Shown piece by piece: positions 63,510 through 64,000 of a stretch of DNA of 64,000 nucleotides (position 1 is the first letter of the stretch; the number at the start of each line of letters is the position of its first letter). The DNA comes from Alphaproteobacteria bacterium. Lineage in GTDB: Bacteria; Pseudomonadota; Alphaproteobacteria; SHVV01. Made by a program: the position numbers and the translations under genes. The notes below the pieces were generated by a model. That model saw nothing but the letters and a program-made list of their open reading frames with translations. It made no database searches and was not told the origin of the DNA. The stretch covers positions 4,832,001 through 4,896,000 of the forward strand of contig OZ253470.1 in NCBI GenBank assembly GCA_965261735.1, written 5' to 3'.

Positions 63510-64000
63510 GGCTGTGTCTCGAAAGTGGTGGAAATTTGAGGATGGCGTAATCTCCGGGTGACAAGACAACCACCCAATCGGCGGCTAGCACCGCCAAGGA
63601 GATCACGCCATGAAGAACACTACCGAGACTTCCGCGCTTTCGCTACTGGCCAATGACGCCGGCTATGATCCGCTCGAGGACCGGCTGCGGGAGAACATCA
63701 GATCCACGATCGAGGCCGTTTTTGAGGAGGAACTTGCGCAGTTTCTCGGGCGCTGCCGATACGGTCGAGAGGACGCGCTTCGGCAAGGGTATCGGAACGG
63801 GCACCGGGAGCGGCAACTGACGGGGACATTCGGGACCGAGAGGGTGAGCGTGCCGCGTGCGCGGATCGTTGAGGAAGACGGTCGGGCGTCGGAATGGCGT
63901 TCGCGGGCGCTGCCGCGCTACCAGCGGCTGACCAGAAAGGCCGAGGCGCTGATCGCTTCGGTGTATCTGTCCGGAACCAACACGCGGCGGGTGAAACGCG
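63510..64000 (+). mobile_element. Second copy of IS256 element B (partial; transposase ATG at 63610)
   Basis: Near-identical to the sequence from 20009 onward; one difference seen (CCGTTCGAG vs CCGCTCGAG). Confidence 0.97.

Noticed and set aside
63510-63569. N-terminus MSCHPEITPSS.. on the IS630 ORF, also seen at 19853-20068
   Set aside because: Artefact of reading into the IS256 B left end.

Overview
GC-rich chromosomal DNA of an alphaproteobacterium, probably Rhodospirillales-like, inferred from the gene orders mltB-rlpA-dacA-tmk-holB-metG-tatD and cinA-pgpA-ispDF / dusB-ntrBC-ntrYX-trkAH-dat-hfq-hflX. From left to right it contains: a partial IS1595-family element; a qmoA-qmoB-hdrC-hdrB sulfur-redox operon with no aprBA nearby; tRNA-Ser(TGA); scattered catabolic genes; a two-component system with a DegQ protease; a gene hit twice by IS256 elements; prpD; one 1308-codon ORF fusing a lipoprotein penicillin-acylase-type amidase to a GH3 acyl-amido synthetase; a form II CoxL-like gene; an ECF sigma/anti-sigma pair; housekeeping operons; a probable XerCD dif site at 41762-41789; a MITE in the groEL terminator tail; and CIRCE-controlled groESL. 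The right end is a low-GC decayed island ending in four nested IS elements (IS1595, IS1595, IS630, IS256). The strongest candidate for new biology is the amidase-GH3 fusion, although it may be an accidental read-through. All calls come from reading motifs and synteny by eye; no database searches were run.
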